From Spirochaetota bacterium (GTDB taxonomy: Bacteria; Spirochaetota; UBA4802; UBA5550): a DNA stretch of 64,000 nt. The notes beneath the pieces were generated by a model, which was not told where the DNA came from, searched no databases, and was given only the letters and a program-made list of their open reading frames with translations. Position numbers and translations under genes: made by a program. Below are positions 61,904-64,000 of the stretch, piece by piece. The stretch is from assembly GCA_035403545.1 (NCBI GenBank), contig DAONFJ010000008.1, forward strand, positions 4,384 through 68,383, written 5' to 3'. Every line of letters begins with the position of its first letter. Positions within the stretch are counted from its first letter, which is position 1.

Positions 61904-61972
61904 ATGATTACGGAAAAGGAAATCGAAACTATAAATACCCCGCGACGATACATTCAGAAATACGAACATTAA
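61904..61972 (+). pseudogene. 22-codon chimeric relic MITEKEIETINTPRRYIQKYEH
   Basis: ATG immediately after the antitoxin stop; its 3' half is the right direct repeat. Confidence 0.4.
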
Positions 61973-61975
61973 ACA
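61943..61975 (+). repeat. 33-bp direct repeat, right copy
   Basis: CGACGATACATTCAGAAATACGAACATTAAACA. Confidence 0.8.
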
Positions 61976-62174
61976 CCATGAAGACGGGATATAAATGGAA
62001 ACATAAATTATTAATACTTGAAAAATTCTATATTATAATTATAATGTAATATAGAGAGTTACTTAATCAGTCTGAAAAAATGCAGGCCGACGACAGCGGG
62101 CCATTAAAATCATTCTTGACGCCATGATCGCCAAGCGGAAAATTAAGTATATCATTTCAACAGGGGTTATGTAA

Positions 62175-62372
62175 ATGCAAGTATCAGTTACCAAAGACGA
62201 GCTTTATATTATGATTAAAAAAGCGGTGAAGGACGTCATTCACGAGGAAAAAATAGACTTGTTCCTTAAAAAGACTTCTAGTGTTTCGCCTGAAGAAATG
62301 ACTGACATCGTCAAACTTTACGGGAAACCGAAAAAACGCAAAGCCGTTCGCAGGGTTACGCTGGATATATGA
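62175..62372 (+). CDS. Putative antitoxin (65 aa)
   Basis: Small ORF with an ATGA overlap onto the downstream RelE toxin. Confidence 0.7.
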   Translation: MQVSVTKDELYIMIKKAVKDVIHEEKIDLFLKKTSSVSPEEMTDIVKLYGKPKKRKAVRRVTLDI

Positions 62373-62638
62373 GCTGGTCTATAGAGTATTCTAAAGACTC
62401 CCAGAAATTTCTTGATAAACACCAGGACATCGAAGAGATACTAATCAATGAAATCAAAAAATTTCTCCTGAAACTCAAAGGAGAAAAAGTCAGTATCAAC
62501 CTTAAAAAGCTTCAAGGAGTCTGGGAAGGCTACCATCGAATCCGTAAAGGGAAAATTCGTATCATCTTTTACCTTGATTATCCAGACTGCGTCGTGTATA
62601 TCGACACAATCGACTTCAGAGGAGACGTCTACAAATAA
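62369..62638 (+). CDS. RelE/ParE-family toxin
   Basis: WSIEYSKDSQKFL...KKLQGVWEGYHRIRKGKIRIIF...IDFRGDVYK. Confidence 0.88.
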   Translation: MSWSIEYSKDSQKFLDKHQDIEEILINEIKKFLLKLKGEKVSINLKKLQGVWEGYHRIRKGKIRIIFYLDYPDCVVYIDTIDFRGDVYK

Positions 62639-62712
62639 CCCCACCCATCAGCGGTAAAAAACGCCAACTCACTGACCGCATAAATTTGAAGTAAGCACAA
62701 ACTCATCTCTAC

Positions 62713-62799
62713 ATCGCATAATTACCGCAATACGGGCTCCTGAACGTTCGCCGCAAATTTGCCTCCGGCAAACTTCGTATAGCTACGCAATTATTCGAT
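62713..62799 (-). mobile_element. attC-like imperfect palindrome (non-canonical AAT/ATT ends)
   Basis: Minus strand ATCGAATAAT-TGCGTA-GCTATACG...CGTATTGC-GGTA-ATTATGCGAT, 87 bp, 11 nt after the stop of 62811-63311; internal hairpin TTTGCC-GGA-GGCAAA. Confidence 0.4.
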
Positions 62800-62810
62800 A
62801 TGGAGTACTT

Positions 62811-63311
62811 TTATACTGTACTAGAACTTTTAAATATTGAATTTATTCTTGGTTGTATAATCCAGACACCGACAGGAAATAACCAAAGTAAAATTATTTC
62901 TTTTTTATAATCGTTAAATTTAACGTTTCGTTTTAATTCCACAGTTGCTAATGCGTTTGCAATAATTATTATCATAACAAAAAATATGGCTAACGCTAAA
63001 TAATTATAAAAATCAAAAAATATTTTATAGTTATTATTAATAATAACTTTATAATCTTTTAAAATATAGTTCAAAAAATAGTTACTTAAACCAATAATAG
63101 ACAGAAAACTTATTATTAACTTATTACGAGTTGCATTCAATTTAATCTCATCAAAAAGTAAAAAACCTGTCACCACTAGCCAGAGCATAAAACCAACAAC
63201 AAATATAAACGTTCTATATATAAAACCAAACTCTAATAAACCCATTATTGTCGGAAGAATAAATAACAAAAGAAACAATTGCCAGTGCTTCATTTTTAAA
63301 ATAAATTTCAT
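62811..63311 (-). CDS. AT-rich membrane protein (possible immunity or cassette gene)
   Basis: About four TMs; MKHWQLFLLL start and GVWIIQPRIN end; very low GC. Confidence 0.75.
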   Translation of the reverse strand: MKFILKMKHWQLFLLLFILPTIMGLLEFGFIYRTFIFVVGFMLWLVVTGFLLFDEIKLNATRNKLIISFLSIIGLSNYFLNYILKDYKVIINNNYKIFFDFYNYLALAIFFVMIIIIANALATVELKRNVKFNDYKKEIILLWLFPVGVWIIQPRINSIFKSSSTV

Positions 63312-63331
63312 TTAATAACTTCACCTAATTT

Positions 63332-64000
63332 TTATTTTGTAATTTCGTATATACCTGAATCGTTAAGTCTATCACCACTTTTAATTAAAAACTTTTCTTC
63401 CGTTTTTTTATTTTCAAAATTCCATATATTAGTTTCTTTTTGTTGAGTTGAATTTCTACCGACGTCACCCTTACCTAGAGATACACCAACACCGCCTGTA
63501 TACCATGATGCACCGGATTCTTCTGAAGTACCACTTTTTGAAAATTTAATAATACATGAAACATCCACAGCTGATTTATATTTAAAAAATGTTTCTTTAG
63601 CATCATTAAAATCTAAAAAATCACCCCCAAAACCAACATATCCCTGAGGCCCACCTGTAATAGACGCCCCAAGACCTTCTGATGTACCTTTATATGGTAT
63701 AATTTCGTCTGTTATGATATGGGTAAAACGACCAGAATTTTCATTTAATATATCTTTATGTTCAGTTATTTCAACATAACCATTTGCTTCACTAATACCG
63801 AATATCGGTGTTTTTATTCCGTAATCAGTTTCTACGCCAGCAATTGTGTAACCCTTTTCAACTTTTAAAAAAGACAAATCAATCTTGTCATTAAGATGTA
63901 TTTTATCTAAATTCTCAATGTCTGGATTAGCATTTTTTATATCCTCTAATGTTACATCCATATTATATTGCTGATTAATTTTATCTCTAATATTTTTAAG
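63332..64000 (-). CDS. C-terminal part of a LysM-containing protein with a glycine-rich tail (partial; frame open to the window end)
   Basis: The frame stays open upstream of ATG 63961 (LKNIRDKINQQYN). VTLEDIKNANPDIENLDKIHLNDKIDL resembles the second half of a LysM domain. Confidence 0.65.
   Translation of the reverse strand, partial: LKNIRDKINQQYNMDVTLEDIKNANPDIENLDKIHLNDKIDLSFLKVEKGYTIAGVETDYGIKTPIFGISEANGYVEITEHKDILNENSGRFTHIITDEIIPYKGTSEGLGASITGGPQGYVGFGGDFLDFNDAKETFFKYKSAVDVSCIIKFSKSGTSEESGASWYTGGVGVSLGKGDVGRNSTQQKETNIWNFENKKTEEKFLIKSGDRLNDSGIYEITK

Noticed and set aside
371-62644. The many 60-170-aa ORFs overlapping the annotated genes on the opposite strand or in other frames
   Set aside because: They have no motifs or RBS and fully overlap well-supported genes.
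1-64000. rRNA, tRNA (including selC), transposases, integrase, CRISPR-cas
   Set aside because: None was recognisable by eye. tRNAscan-SE and Infernal would be needed to exclude short RNAs formally.

Overview
AT-rich bacterial chromosome segment. An anaerobic spirochaete-like host is inferred from gene content and is not proven. From left to right: (1) 0-17 kb housekeeping genes: sahR-ahcY with a clear operator, YhhN, an MBL hydrolase, two tandem MCP paralogues, class II RNR nrdJ, a lipoprotein/TPR pair and a REC-PP2C phosphatase. (2) 17.3-46.2 kb, an almost entirely minus-strand signalling island. It holds a complete chemosensory system (cheA, cheY, two cheW, cheB, cheR, MCP, STAS, divergent cheD), an N-terminally truncated second CheR coupled to an MBL hydrolase, six PAS-rich histidine kinases and one NarL-type regulator. 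Five of the kinases start with a near-identical REC domain and three carry chemoreceptor-like methyl-accepting heptads. A shared TAACAC-N4-GTGTTA motif brackets the che operon, and a GC-rich repeat sits at five consecutive gene junctions. (3) 46.8-54.7 kb: a small probable selenoprotein missed by the ORF track (in-frame TGA plus stem-loop), a CBS-PAS-PAS sigma54 activator, four TGTTTCA-N4-TGAAACA enhancer palindromes, a consensus sigma54 promoter, and an abfD / small Cys protein / cat2 / transporter operon for 4-hydroxybutyrate metabolism. (4) 54.8-60.8 kb: NERD protein, dCache MCP and M30 peptidase lipoprotein. (5) 60.9-64 kb accessory region: gene relics, 33-bp direct repeats around a frameshifted HigBA-like module, a second RelE-type TA pair, an attC-like palindrome and a LysM protein running off the window end. 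No rRNA, tRNA, CRISPR array, transposase or recognisable riboswitch was seen.
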